A stretch of 63,765 nt of DNA, filler included, from Collodictyon triciliatum (lineage: Eukaryota): NCBI GenBank assembly GCA_043381765.1. It is 7 parts of 7 records of this genome, joined end to end, with 100 filler letters (N's around TTAATTAATTAA, not from the genome) between each part and the next. Parts side by side here need not be neighbours in the genome. Positions count along the whole stretch, not along the records: positions 45,536 to 54,722 come from JBHJMP010000821.1; positions 54,823 to 62,165 come from JBHJMP010000823.1; positions 62,266 to 63,765 come from JBHJMP010000982.1; 4 more parts are not named here. One strand, given 5' to 3'. The notes beneath the pieces are model-generated. The model did not search any database. It was not told where the DNA came from and saw only the letters and a list, made by a program, of their open reading frames with translations. Made by a program: the position numbers and the translations under genes. Shown piece by piece: positions 49,990-63,663 of the stretch; position 1 is the first letter of the stretch, and each line of letters opens with the position of its first letter.

Positions 49990-52633
49990 GGAAAATAATT
50001 TTTTTTATTTATATTGAATGGGTATATATTAATGGTAATAGTAATACAAACCAGGCCGGATAAAGTGTCATTTTCTTAACAGATGTCTTTTTATAGAACG
50101 GACCACATCTGATTATGCAGTAAGGATCTGAGAAACCATTTAAATTGGCTGTGGGTAAAGCCCGCCCCTGAGATGGAGAAAAATATTGGTCATTACAAAT
50201 AAGCGAAGCAATTTGAATTGTACTTATGAAATTTTGTATCGAATGAAGGGTAAAAGAAAAATACATTTATATATATATATATATAAAGAAACCGTTCATA
50301 TGAGTAACTATGGATAGGATTTTAGGCTGAGTTTTGTTAGGTAGCGGTGTTAATGATCAAAAAAGTACTTGATAAATGTTTGCTCGCAGGTTATATTTAC
50401 GAAGATTCGGTTTAGGCAACAATGCTCTTTCCTTTGGAAAACTGGAGGTATAGGCAACATCTAGTCTGAAAGGAGTATTACAGTTACCAGATGTTCATCT
50501 GCTTCTTGCATAGTGGTTTCGTTGAATATGTGTTTTTTTTTCTATTATTGTTCTAAAGTATGCTTTATGAACGAAAGGTTAGTTCCTTCTTTTATTGGTT
50601 TTATTGCTATTGTTATTACATTTATTATTTCTTTCAGTTTGTGCAATATGGTTGAAAGGTTTATTGCTCAGCAAAAATAAAATAATAATACGATAAAATA
50701 AAATAAAAAGAACATACTGAAACAATATGAATCCAGCTGGTCTATCCTTTTCATATAATGCAGATGTCTGGTCTGCTATTAGACTCTCCCAACGTGGACT
50801 GACGGTGAAAGAAGAAAAAATGGATGAAATGATTTCCCTTTACTTTTTTCTTTTTGTTATTTATTATGGTTTATTTTTAGGATAACATTCATAATTTAAC
50901 TTAAAAATTGAAAAATCATTTTGGCGTTCGAGTCACCTGTGATTGGTTCCGTAGACATCAGAAGCCTGACATTTTTAAATAATTAATTCAATATTAGAAG
51001 GTAGATTCGCAGTTTAAGTGTAATATTTTGTTTGTGCGATGATTATGCCTATAATCCGATTATAGGTCACCTTATATTTTAAGAATCCGATTCGGGAACG
51101 ACCAAAAACTTTACTATCAGAGTATCTGAATACAAAAATTTAGAAATTTTCTAAAAATTTTAAATACAATAAAAAAAATTTTAAAAATAGGAAATACTTA
51201 CACATTTATAATTATGTCTGGGAACATGGATATGTCCTCTGGGTAATTTAAGTTGATGTAATTGAACGCTTGATACCAAGTAACCACTCCATTCTATTAT
51301 CAAAAGCGGAATAAATCAGTTAAGGTTAAAAAGGTATGAGAATCATGGTCACCCATACCTTTCCTTTTAACTTGTGAGACTCATAATCTTTATCCCCAAT
51401 ACTTATCTCAACGACATAATCTGTATTTTTTTTAATTAGTACAGTTATGGAGAATAAATAAAGTAAAGCTAAAATTTTGAATCAACAATTTGCACACTCC
51501 AGAGGGCCAAGATTTGTACAGCACAATCTAGGATACAAACATAAACAAAAAACAAAAAAACAAAAAAACAAAAAACAAAAAACAAAAAACAAAAAACAAA
51601 AACGAAAACGAAAACATAAACGAAAGAAGGGAAACCTGATATTAGAGCTGGTGCTAGCTCAGCCGCTTCATATAGATCGAATCGCACGGTGTATGGTATG
51701 ATGGGAGGTTCATTGCAAGCTGATGTTTTCCTTTGTTGTGGCTATATTTCGTTCCATTTGTACAAAAAAAAAAAAACCTAATTGTGATGGATGAATAATT
51801 CGGATTTGTTATTTCTTTTGGAATGAGAACCTGAGGGTCATCTTGTTTGACAACATCGGCAGACAAGAGAATTCGACCCATATAATCGGTAAGCTGTTCG
51901 ACTGACCAAGTACCTGTGTGTTTATTTACATTATTAGGACATTTGTCTACATAATAGCTTCGGGAATTTACATTTTTGTATAGTGTCTTGACTAATTACC
52001 TTGCATAGTTGAGTTTAACTTATCCCTGATTTAACCAATCATTATAAATATATGCTCTTGTTAATGAACGACAACAATGTAGATAATAATAATTGAAGAA
52101 ACAAAATTGGCATTACATATAACTTCAAGATAAGGCCTGAATGAATTTTTTTGACTTTCTATATTTATTTTGTACAATACCTAACAGATGTTCCACGGGT
52201 TCCGTACATATTTATCCAGGTGGGTGGGATTGGCTTCTTCATAATCTCACTAAAGCGGAAGTGCATGGTAGAAATCTTGTCATTTGATCCAGTCTAGGAG
52301 GAAGAGTGCCAGGTATTAAGTTATGAAGGGAGTCTTAAAAGGATATTTTTAGAACTAAAATATGATAATTTTGCTAGAATAATATGGTGTAATAAAGAGA
52401 AAAAGAGCCGCCTTCGTCTCTTCGATATTTAAATGGAAAATTTATTTTGACAATATAAAAAGTATTCATATTGAAGCAAAAAGTTACCAAATCCCAGTCA
52501 TAAACAATAACTTCTATCAGGTCACTCATCGTGGGTATGTAAACTGGAATGCAAAGCTCTTCATTCCAAACGGGATTGTATGTCCTTTTTATTACCTAAA
52601 AGTGAAAATGGAAACAACAATTATTTTTCCTAA

Positions 52634-52676
<43 letters not shown>

Positions 52677-54570
52677 AAAAATAAATAAAAAAAGTACTGA
52701 TAATTTAATGTATTTTTTAAAATATACATCTACTACTTTACATATATATTATCTATAAATAAACGCTAACCTGAGTTGCTATGGGTTTGTTTCCAGCAAA
52801 TTTGATTTCGACATAGCCATCACACTTTCCTACTATTTTTTGATTTTTTAATTTTTTTTGTTTTGATGCTTGCATTTTTAACACATAAAAAAGGAAGGGA
52901 CATTTTTTTTATTGTGTTCTGTTTTTTTCCCTTTTATTTGTTTCGCCTTCTGATTGATATTTTTGTTTCTTCTGTTTTGCTTGCTTGTTTGTTTGTTTAT
53001 TTAAAAAAACAGAAAGAATGATGTCTATAGTTAAAAACAGGAGATTGAGACAACACAAAACATACAAAAATCTGTTTTTGGAAGCCCTTCTGCTTTAAAA
53101 ATTCTGAAGCACAGAAGATATCCTGTTAGTTGCATCTCAGGAGGGAGGAGAACCTAACACAAAGAAAAGATATTCCTGAATGGACTACTTTAATCAACAA
53201 CCACATATCCACCATACAGGATAATCATATTACAGCTTCTCGCAATAGTATGCAACGAATATATAAATAAGTAAATAGACATGCAGGTAGAGAGGAACAT
53301 GATATTTAATTCACAGAGGAGTAATATTTGAATGTTTTCTTGTTACCATGGATTGTAGGTCAGTTCCAGTTTCATCATCCTCGTCTTCCTTTTCGTCGTG
53401 CGTGGGAAATGTTTCTCCGGGCCCGGTGATTGAAATACTGACTTTCAAATATCCCTGGAGTTATTGAATACGTTTATTTGAACAGAAAGGGAGGTAGATA
53501 GAGGAGAAACCCCCTAATTGCACACATATAAAAGAGTGATAAGAGGAATTATCGACTATTTTCAACCGAGCTGCAAATAAAAGATATTCCACGTTTACTA
53601 GAGCGAGCAGCTCGCAAGTTTGTAAGCTTTTTTTCTCTTTTATTCTTCCTTTCAATTTGCAAGCTTTTCTTTAAATAATAATGAAAAAATGTGATGCGAT
53701 TGGTATACGTTGAAATTACCTGGATTCCTTTCTCTCGCTCGGTTGCTGTCAATGCAAGCCAAGTGCGATATATCTCCCGCTGAGGTTTGTTGTATATGAA
53801 CGCTACTTCAAACTCGTACCGGCCTGTTAAGATAGATGTTGTAAATGTAAACATATGTGGTTACGATAGAAAAAGGGAGAGATGATGTTGGTACAATAAC
53901 TAAAGTACAGAAAAGAATGATCATTTATTCTCACACAAGATTCCAAGCTAGATGAACTATAACATCAGCGACTTACCGATTATAACATTACGAAAAAATG
54001 TGTTTGCATCAAACACGTTCACTTGAATCTTTGCTGACTCCAAGGCCGTTTGTGTCCACCTTGATAAGAAGCGAATAATCATTGTGTTTATTAAATGTTT
54101 TCTAACATTGTAAAAAAAAAAAATTAACAACAAAAAAAGAAAAGAAGGCAACTTGAATGACGCCCTGCATCGCGAACCCATATTCAGATGTAAACAACTC
54201 CAATTATCTATCACTAGAGCGAAACACAAAGGCGAATGATATACAAACAACAATGCTATCATCTTTTCACGGGCAAACTCACTTGAAATTGAAAAAGAAG
54301 AGATGGTCAAATGTACAGCTGAGTGTATTTTTGTGGATCTCGGTATTCTGCTTGACCGAATCGATGGTTACGGAGGCCATTGGATCAGACATTCCGCCAG
54401 AGTCACTTTGTGAAGGCATACGGCACAAAATGCAGGGAAGAGTCAGCAAATAAAGACATTATCGCTGGCATGTTTATTGGGGCCAACGCCGAAAAATAAA
54501 CAGACCGTCCCTTAAGATCTCGTGCTTCGATCACATGTACGCGAATCTGGTATTCCTGTTCTTTGCTCAT
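48790..54570 (-). CDS. Ferlin-family multi-C2 protein (four C2 domains seen; 3' end uncertain, no TM anchor found)
   Basis: MSKEQEYQIRVHVIEARDLKGR|DSGGMSDP; VFDANTFFRNVIIG|RYEF; GYLKVSISITGPG; FKAEGLPKTD; TYNPVWNEELCIPVYIPTMSDLIEVIVYDWD; PTWINMYG; YMGRILLS; LRANIYQ|GRALP...GFSDPY; LAPNVSVL|CYDED. Confidence 0.83.
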
Positions 54571-54722
54571 CCTTGCAATAAAATAGAACGGTGTTTTTTT
54601 TTGTTTTTTTGTTTTTTGTTTTTTGTTTTTTTGTTTTTTTGTTTTTTTGTTTTTTTGTTTTTTTGTTTTTTTGTTTTTTTGTTTTTTTGTTTTTTTGTTT
54701 TTTTGTTTTTTTGTTTTTTTGT

Positions 54723-54822
54723 NNNNNNNNNNNNNNNNNNNNNNNNNNNNNNNNNNNNNNNNNNNNTTAATTAATTAANNNNNNNNNNNNNNNNNNNNNN
54801 NNNNNNNNNNNNNNNNNNNNNN
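54723..54822. other. Artificial scaffold-joining spacer
   Basis: N44-TTAATTAATTAA-N44. Confidence 0.97.
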
Positions 54823-54823
54823 A

Positions 54824-54918
<95 letters not shown>

Positions 54919-54943
54919 TATTATTATTATTGACTAGCACAAG

Positions 54944-56336
54944 ATGTCTGACAAAGCTGGAAACACCGCGCCAAATCAGCCTTCAGTCAGTTCAGACCTG
55001 GTTGAATTCCCTATGAGTACCACAAGACTGGTCATTTGGGACGCAGAGCATCCCTCGATACCTCCTTCTGTCTTCCTGTTGACGAAATTACAGGACCTGT
55101 ATATTTATGGCTCGACGTACCGACATATTCCAGAGAATATTTCTAACCTGTTGCGACTGCGGACGTTTCAGGCTAATTTTAGGCTGATGAGCTCCTTGTG
55201 TGATGGCCTGCACACGCTAACAAAACTGAAAGCACTGGACTTGTCCAACAACAAGCTTTCTGCGCTGCACGACCATTTGACTGCACTGTGGAACATCACA
55301 CGCCTCAACTTAGCATGCAATTCCTTCTCTTCCTTCCCCGCCGCAATCGTGGGGCTCACGAATCTTATCCAGCTTGAGTTTCGAAACAATTGTCTTCGTT
55401 CTCTTGTACCTGGAGCAACTGTGCTTGAGCAGATGCAGGAACTGAGTCTGAGCGATAACCGAATGTTGACGTTCCCTACAGAAATCCTATCCTTGACCCG
55501 GCTCAAGACACTCAAGATTCGGCGGAATTCTTTTTCGTACTTGCCATCTGAGCTTTCTCTCTTGAAGAGCCTCACCCAACTCAAGATGGACTCCGACTTC
55601 GTCCAAGATGTTCCGCATGTGTTGCGTTTTGCTTTGCTGCAAGGAATTTGTACGGATTATCAGCCGTCTAATGACTGTATTCGTGGATGTTCTCGTCTTG
55701 TGATCAATGATAATTACACACTTGATTTCGTGCCGGTCGCTGTCTTTGACTGTGCGAATCTGAGAGTGTTCAACATGCGAAGAAGTAATTTATCAAGGCT
55801 CCCTGCTCGACTCTTTGAAATGACCTCACTCGTTGCACTGCAGCTGTACTTGAATCAGATCACAGAGCTGCCTGATGCAATCGGAGCGCTTGTGGAGCTT
55901 CAGTTTTTGAATGTCTCGTGTAATTCTATTTCGGTGATTCCGGCTGCAATATCATCTCTGACGAAGCTGACATCGTTGAGTCTTTATGGGAACCCTGTAT
56001 TTTGATGATTTATCCGTCTAATATTTACTGTATTTTAAGATATTTTAAATGACTTAGTTACATACTCATCCATTTACAGATCTATTCATTCATTCACTAA
56101 GTTGTAAACCGGGGTATTCCACGGTGCTATATGTGCAGATTGAATGTCTCCCGCCACAAATCACCGCGTTGAGGGCTCTGTATGGATTGTTTATAGAGAG
56201 CTGTGGTGAAGTTTATGTGAAGCAGGCGCCGCAAGGAATTACAAATTTGCCATGCTGGATGGCTCAGGAAAGGCCCTTCCAATCTATGAACATGTCTGTG
56301 GGGAATGCTCTCAGATGTCTCGAGCTATATGTTCCG
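54944..56336 (+). CDS. Cytosolic leucine-rich repeat protein (typical LxxLxLxxNxLxxLP repeats), 3' end lost at gap
   Basis: A long first exon holds more than 10 LRRs (e.g. LTKLKALDLSNNKLSAL, LYLNQITELPDAIG). It splices at YGNP|gt to IECLPPQITAL. There is no signal peptide. Confidence 0.82.
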
Positions 56337-56477
56337 GTTTGTTCTATATATCCTATGGCCAATACTACGAACCAATACTGTATCATTATTATACGTTTTA
56401 ATTTTTCCAAAATAAAAAAATAACTAGAAAAATTCAAAGTGATTCTGTTTTGGCATCTTTCCCATTAATTATCGTTG

Positions 56478-56566
<89 letters not shown>

Positions 56567-56589
56567 GTTGTTGTTGTTGNNNNNNNNNN

Positions 56590-58536
56590 GAAATGTTGTC
56601 TACATTCTATGATAACCTCATAACAGCCTTCTGTGAACCCATCATGGAAAATTCAGAAGGTACCCCAATTTATAAGCAAGTTTATTTTCCACTATTCTGG
56701 CTATGTGCCCCGATAGGAAGTGTCTGTTGTCTCCATTTTTGCAATAGATTTTGTTTGACCCCAATTTTTTCTGTAGTTGGACCAGAAGTAGGCTTCGACC
56801 CTCGAGGTCAACTGAAAAATATTGTATGCGACCTTTTGTGCTTCTTTCTCCAAAACCACACATATCGAATCAAATATCATATTCTCAGAGCGGGGGTTAC
56901 CCAAAAAATCATGCAGCTTGCATATCATAAGGAAAAATACCTCGTATTATGTAAGTTTCGTGAATCATCAACAAATCTATGGACCTCAATTCCGTATTTA
57001 ATAAACCTACAAGCTAAGTCAGTCTGTTCATTGTCTCATAACCAGTGGTTTCTTGCATCCAGCTGCAATTCGCTTCTTCAAGGCCTTGATTACTACGAAG
57101 GACGATTTTTACTTCCGTTCCATCATCAAGCTAAATCTCTTCAATATCATATTCGAAGTATTTCTCAAGAACGGGTCCAAGTTCAATCTCATCAATTCTG
57201 CCATATTGGAGCTTTTTGAGATAATACGGAAGGTAAAGCTAATAGGACAGTAATGTCATTGTTATTATTCTTATTGTAATAAAAAAAAATCCAAACCGCA
57301 ATCATTACGGTACGATAATAAGGTAATGACTTTGTTTCGGATGCATACTATCTATTTTAAAGGAACACTCTTGACACAGTTTCCATCAAAACATTTGATT
57401 CGCATGACAGGAGAACATCAAGTCCCTCATCAACCACATCGTGGAGAATCATGAGGCATCCTTCGATGGAGCAACATACGTGGAAACATTTAAGATGTTG
57501 AAGCTGCGTTATGAACAGAATGGAGAGCACAGAACCCGGCCCGAGCCACGAAAGTACATCAAAAATACATTTCTTTTATTCAGTTCTTGTAAATTAATGT
57601 GAGAAGAGAAACAAAATGATGCACCCCTCCCTTCTTTTTATCAGCCCTTATGTGTTATTTTCGTTCTAGTCAATGTCTACCAACTTTTGGACAATGTTGC
57701 ATTAGAACGGTCATTATCCCCACGCTGCAATCCTATTTCAAGGATGAAGAAGAGGAGGATAAAGCGGCAGGCAAACATCAAGGCGGTGTTGGTTATCAGA
57801 AAGGTGATGAGGATGAGGTGATTTTTTTATCATCATTCTTTCATCGTCATTTTGTAGAATTTCCTTCAGAATTCAAAGACTAATAAAGAAATACAATTTT
57901 ATTTTAGTCTAAAGATGGGCGTACGGCCTCTCTGATTGAACAAGGTACCCAGTTCTCTGAATGCAGGAATAGAGAAAATGAATAGATATGTGATTTTTCT
58001 AAAAAAAATAATAATTCGAATATGATCATGTTTGGCGTTTTTGAATTAAGATTTGACACATCCAGCCACAAACAACCCTCCAGAAGGCACGATTGTGCAA
58101 ATGAAGCAACCGTCCTTGGTAACCGGCCTTACTCATATCATATCGATATCATTAATTTCCTCTTACTCAATTTTATTCCACTTACATTTTGTAATTGTGC
58201 GTTAAACTTCATCTTTTCTTTCTTTTTCTTTTTTCTTTTTTCTTTTTTCTTTTTTCTTTTTTCTTTTTTCTTTTTTCTTTTTTCTTTTTTCTTTTTTCTT
58301 TTTTCAAAATAATAATTTATTTATACAGCCCTCGCCAAGAAATCAACAAATTCAAAAATACCGAATGATCCGACTGTATCACTCTGAGGATTCTGATGGA
58401 AATGAGCCACCAGGAAGCAAGCAAGGTACTTTTTACTCATTATTCATATTGTTTGAAGCATTTTTCCCCTTGACAAGTGATGATTATAGTTGAGCGCTTA
58501 GAATTTTACCAACAAAATCAGAACTTCAAAAACTAG
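56590..58536 (+). CDS. PPP4R3: Protein phosphatase 4 regulatory subunit 3 (SMEK/Psy2), C-terminal portion
   Basis: CDLLCFFLQNHTYRIKYHIL, EKYLVL|SAIRFFK, DDFYFRSII, NGSKFNLINSAILELFEIIRK|ENIKSLINHIVE, YVETFKMLKLRYEQ, and an acidic SYFKDEEEED tail. The last exons are uncertain. Confidence 0.88.
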
Positions 58537-58787
58537 ATGGAAACCATGTTTTAACTGTGAATCAAAGTCTAAAGTGTGTTACTGATTCTAGAGTTCAAGA
58601 ATGCGATGTGAGTTTTCAGTAAATATCTTCTTATTCAATCGATCTTTTATCGGTTTATCTTTTCTCTTTTCGTCATCAAACTGAGTAGTACTCAATCACG
58701 ACATAAAACTTGAATTTATAGGCAAAGAAATCCGCTCTGAATAGTGATGAAGCCATAAAAGAATCTCATGAAAGCGAAAACATCGAA

Positions 58788-61700
58788 ATGAACACACAAG
58801 TGGATGCATGTATTGCTGGTGCATTGTGCGCGTTGTGCTTTGCCCAGTTCAAGGATTCATTCATTCTTTCCTGTCATCATATCTTCTGCATCGATTGCAT
58901 TAAATCATATTTTATAGAGTCACCCATACAGTTTCCAAAGAAATGCCCCTTTTGCAACGCAGTTGTGAATTCGAATGATTTTACTGTGGAAAAACTTCAA
59001 CCTTTCAATCATGATGTATCATTTGGGACTAGCAAATACCAGCATTCTGAGGGAAAGACTGACTCAAGCGAAATCATCTGTATGGGTGAAGAATGCACTG
59101 AAGTGGCCCGCTTCTCTTGCAAAAAATGTGGAGACGATGGTGCATTCTGCAAAATTCACGCCGAAATCCACAAGAAATCTATTCGAAGCCATACAATTGA
59201 GTAATCGCTATGCTCTAATATTTTCTATTTTGAAACTAATGTAAAAAAAAACATAATAATTTGTACCCTTTAGACTCTATTCGTTGGCATATTACTGTCT
59301 TCTAATTCCCAAAAAAAAATACATGATTACAATTAATATTTTTGATTTTTTTTAAATTAAAAGGGAGATACAAGTTGGCAAGTCCGATTCTACTCCACAC
59401 AAAATAGTGGAGAATTGTCAGAAACACACAGGCAACCAAGTCAGATTTTACTGCCGCTTGTGTCTCACTTCACCCTTCAAGTGTGCGGAATGTGCTTTGG
59501 AAGATCGGCAACACTTTGAACACCATAGAAAAATTGAACGACTAGACACCTTCATGGCCAGTGTACGCGATCAGAAAATATTTGAACTTTCTCTCTCCGA
59601 GAAGATGCACCTGGAGAACTCCAATCTCCTCAGAAAAAAAATTATGCAGGTAATTAAGCAATTCTTTCTTTTCAAACTATTACAATCAAGGAAATTTATT
59701 AAACTTACAGACTACCCAATTTAATTCAGATGAAAGCTAGACATAAAACAGAATCAGAAGAACTTAGCAGCTTCATCCAAGAGCTGGAAAGTCAACTCAA
59801 TTCACTGAAAGATCTTTCGAAAGAGCGAGTATGGAAATATTCCCACAAATAAATCACAACATAATGACTTTTTTTTTAAAAAAAAAACTTTTCCTTGCGA
59901 TACATGTTATCGATGTACGATTATAATATTTTATCTTATACAGCTCGAAATCAACACCAAGTTTGTCGTTGAAATGGAAAATACTCAGAAAGCTCTACTT
60001 TCTGATACGCTTCGTGTGCAAATTGCCAAAAAGTCTCTAATGAAGTTATTGCATAACGCAAACCAAGACAGTTCTTTGAGTCAGCTTGGAAACATTCTCC
60101 GCTTCTCCAGTTATACTCTGGCATCTAAATTTGAATGCGCCTACCAGGAGGAGCCTCCAACTATGACTCCCATCGTACAAACACATGTAATTGACGAACT
60201 CAGAAATATGAATAAACTCCTTTTTGACAGTACAGTAAAGAATGCAAAGGTATTTATTTTGGACTTAATTGTTATCTCATTCTTGACTATATAGAATTTG
60301 GTTTGTTGGGCGGGATGAAAAATTACTTAAATAATACTCAAATAGGATCATATCCCACCACATTATTTTTTAAAAAAAAAAACAACCTAAAACACAGGAG
60401 CAGCTATCACCATTGCCTAGTTCGGCCAAGGTCCACCAAAAACATGGTATGTCGAGTGTATAATGCATTATGACGAAGCCAAAATCATTATATTGAGAAA
60501 GTACTCTTGCATTTTTAAAGTAGGAGCACAAAAAAAAAAGGGGACATATTGTTTGTTGAATTAAATAAAGACCCAAGAGGTGACAGTTCTTTTAACAAAG
60601 ATGTATCACCTATTTTAGGGTTTTCCGTAGGGTCAAGAACATCATCGAGACGGGTTTGAGTAACTCCAACTGACCAGCTCGATTATTTTATTTATAACAA
60701 TACCTCAATTTTCACAAATACCCTACATAGGCCAAGTTAATAAGTAGTGGCATAAGACAAAAAGTAATCCATCCTATTTATCATATTACACTTTGGTTCA
60801 TCGTTGATATGATTATTAGTGGACATTTTTCATGTCCCATACAATACTCTACTGTTTCATTTTGAATGTATAAATTAAATTTCCTTGTATTTCCGTTTTT
60901 TAAAAGTTTATTTATTGTCAAGATGAAGGAAGAAACGCCAAAACCTGTTGCCCCTCTGGGAAACACACCTGCAAGAGAAGATGAGATTCTTTCCATGACT
61001 TTTTTGACTTCAGCATCTTCTGTAGAAAAGCTGGAGGACAACCCCAAAATTTCAAAGGACGATGGACACAATACATCGCGTAGAGAAACTTTCGGTTCAC
61101 CCACAGAGTTGCGTAAGTTTATTACAATACATATCCGATGCACAAACACACTAATTTTAATATCGAACTTTTCCAAAATTTTGATATCATATTGAACTTA
61201 ACAAAGTCTCTTAAAGAATCATGAGATACGATACCATATCGCTTTCCATTTTTAAAAAGTTTTTTATAAAAATATTGACTTACGGAAAGTTTTTTCTTCA
61301 ACAATCCATTTCTAGAATCATCATGCCATTCAAAGAGCGAAAAATCAGCAGGTAATGTATTTGGAATATTCGAATAGCTATAACTTTTCTATTTAAAAAG
61401 AAAAAGAGTGAAAGAGCGAGAAAAAATAATTTAACATCATACCATGCTGACAGTAGAAACCGAAATCTCCTTTCATCCGCCATCAACAGGGTAAGTATCG
61501 CATTCTAATATTACAAATTAAGTGAAATTATTTCAAAGACGCTGAATTATGTGCATTTCAACCATTCTTCTTTGGCTGTGATAAATGAACAAATTACATA
61601 ACAATAGAAATACACTTATGTTTGCGAATGCAAACGACATAATAAAAATTAACTCCTTGAGACAAGAGGATACAACTTCTCATGGAGTAAATGTTGGAGG

Positions 61701-61900
61701 TAATATTCTCATCACCACTTTTTTTTTAATGATTCATCAATTAGATGCCTCATTTAACCACCTATATCACTCTACTATACTCTATCTTCAATATTATTAT
61801 GCCACTAGATTCGAAAACTGGCAACCTTAAGTCTGTTGACGACGCGCTGAAGGGTGGTTCAATAACCAGAGAATATAATGAACAAATTTCCAGAGCGTGG
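58788..61900 (+). CDS. RING - B-box1 - B-box2 - coiled-coil (TRIM/RBCC-like) protein, multi-exon, 3' end uncertain
   Basis: RING-HC CALC..LSCHHIFCIDC...CPFC; B-box CMGEEC..CKKC...FCKIH..IH...H; B-box CQKH...FYCRLC...CAEC...H..H; helical heptad region; low-complexity tail. Confidence 0.8.
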
Positions 61901-62064
61901 TCAGTTTCTTGTCTCTCATATTCTCCTATAGCTCAATGTATTTCTTTTCCTCTAAAAATAAAGATATATTCTCATTTTGTACAGTAACTCAAAACATTAG
62001 TATATTAGCTAATAACATATAAATACCATTATTTACTTGCTCTGATTGCATTAAAAAAATCCTT

Positions 62065-62165
62065 TCTCTTCTTCTTCTTCTTCTTCTTCTTCTTCTTCTT
62101 CTTCTTCTTCTTCTTCTTCTTCTTCTTCTTCTTCTTCTTCTTCTTCTTCTTCTTCTTCTTCTTCT
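62065..62165. repeat. (CTT)n microsatellite at scaffold end
   Basis: Tandem trimer. Confidence 0.95.
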
Positions 62166-62265
62166 NNNNNNNNNNNNNNNNNNNNNNNNNNNNNNNNNNN
62201 NNNNNNNNNTTAATTAATTAANNNNNNNNNNNNNNNNNNNNNNNNNNNNNNNNNNNNNNNNNNNN
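62166..62265. other. Artificial scaffold-joining spacer
   Basis: N44-TTAATTAATTAA-N44. Confidence 0.97.
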
Positions 62266-62664
62266 CATGTGTGAAACGAAGATGTAAGCACAATGTGGCC
62301 AAACAACCAAGCAAACAGGCTGCCTCAATCCGTCCGGTCTTCCGAAACAGTGTCCTCAGGCGGGCTGTGGCGCAAAGCCCAATCAAGCGTTTGAAACACG
62401 AGCCAGAAAGACCTGCTGGATCCTAAAAAAAAAAAAAAAAAAAAAAAAACCAAGAAACGTCAAAAAAGAAATAAAGGAGAATCAAAATAAACAATCGACT
62501 CCGAAAGCGACACCAGGCAAGAACTCGACAAAGGAACAAGACATCTGCAGCGTCTAACCATCGCCAACGCCATCTTGCTTGCCTAGCGCCTCTTTATTTG
62601 TCACTGCTCCGCAGCCTCCTTCCCGCCTGGGATTACAACGCCTCTCGAAACAACTCCACTCGCT

Positions 62665-63663
62665 ATGGACCCCACCTTCCGATCACACACAAACGCCGCG
62701 TCCCCAGCACACTTGAATCCCGGCCCAAAGCGAGCAAGCGAATCTCTCCAACTGGGTGGCGTTGGTTTGTCTCAGCTGCCCAGTGTCGATCACCCAGAGC
62801 CAAGTGCAAAGCGGATACACGACATACCAGTCTTTCATATCGGCCAGCTGGACGCCTTCCAGCAACGATCGCAGCTCGGTGTGTTTCCGCACCCAGATTT
62901 GCAGCTGCAGAGCCAGACACAGATCCAGACGCAGGTGCAGGCTCGACACGGCCCAGACGGAACCAGCCAAAGAGAATCCAGTAGGATACTTCCGGCAACT
63001 ACACTCAGCGAGCACCGTCGACGAAACCGAGGGCGGTCTGTTTTCTGCGCATGGTCTCGCCTCTTCTTATTCTGCTTGCTCTTTTTTTTTTTTTTTTTTA
63101 AAAAAAAATCCATAGATTTTCCATCCAGCTATACTAATACTATATCAACCCAACACATTCGATTCGATCAGACCGTCCGATTTGTGTCATATCTTTTCAA
63201 ATGTCATTTTTTCTCTGCATTGCTGTTGTAATGATTAGAAACATAGATGGCGCTCACTCACACACTGGCCTCTCATTCTTTATGCCACTTTATTCTATTG
63301 TAGCCGACTGTATCACCATTTTCATTCATCACAAAGGTTTGGTTCATGACTATCATGAATATTAGTAGTGACTATGCTCCACAACATCGTCATTGATGGT
63401 TGACTGACTTAAAACGCACGATTTGCAGAGATCAAATGCATAGAGAGACACAACATGAACAGCAGCATTTAATGACCGGTTAAGACGCATGAATGAACAC
63501 AATACCCGCAAGTAGAGTCACTGGCCAGAATGGTGACATAGAAGCGTCAAGTTCACACCTTAATCACTCTACCAACCTGAGCTTAGTGAGGCTCCCACAA
63601 CACAAAATCTTTATCAAGTGATTGTTTTACGGATTTCACACTGGAATGGTCCCTTTCGAAGAC
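62665..63663 (+). CDS. 5' exons of an unidentified gene with a Q/P/S-rich N-terminus
   Basis: GC-richer ORF MDPTFRSH...LQLQSQTQIQTQVQ...RRRNRG followed by small AG/GT-bounded segments; no recognisable domain. Confidence 0.35.
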
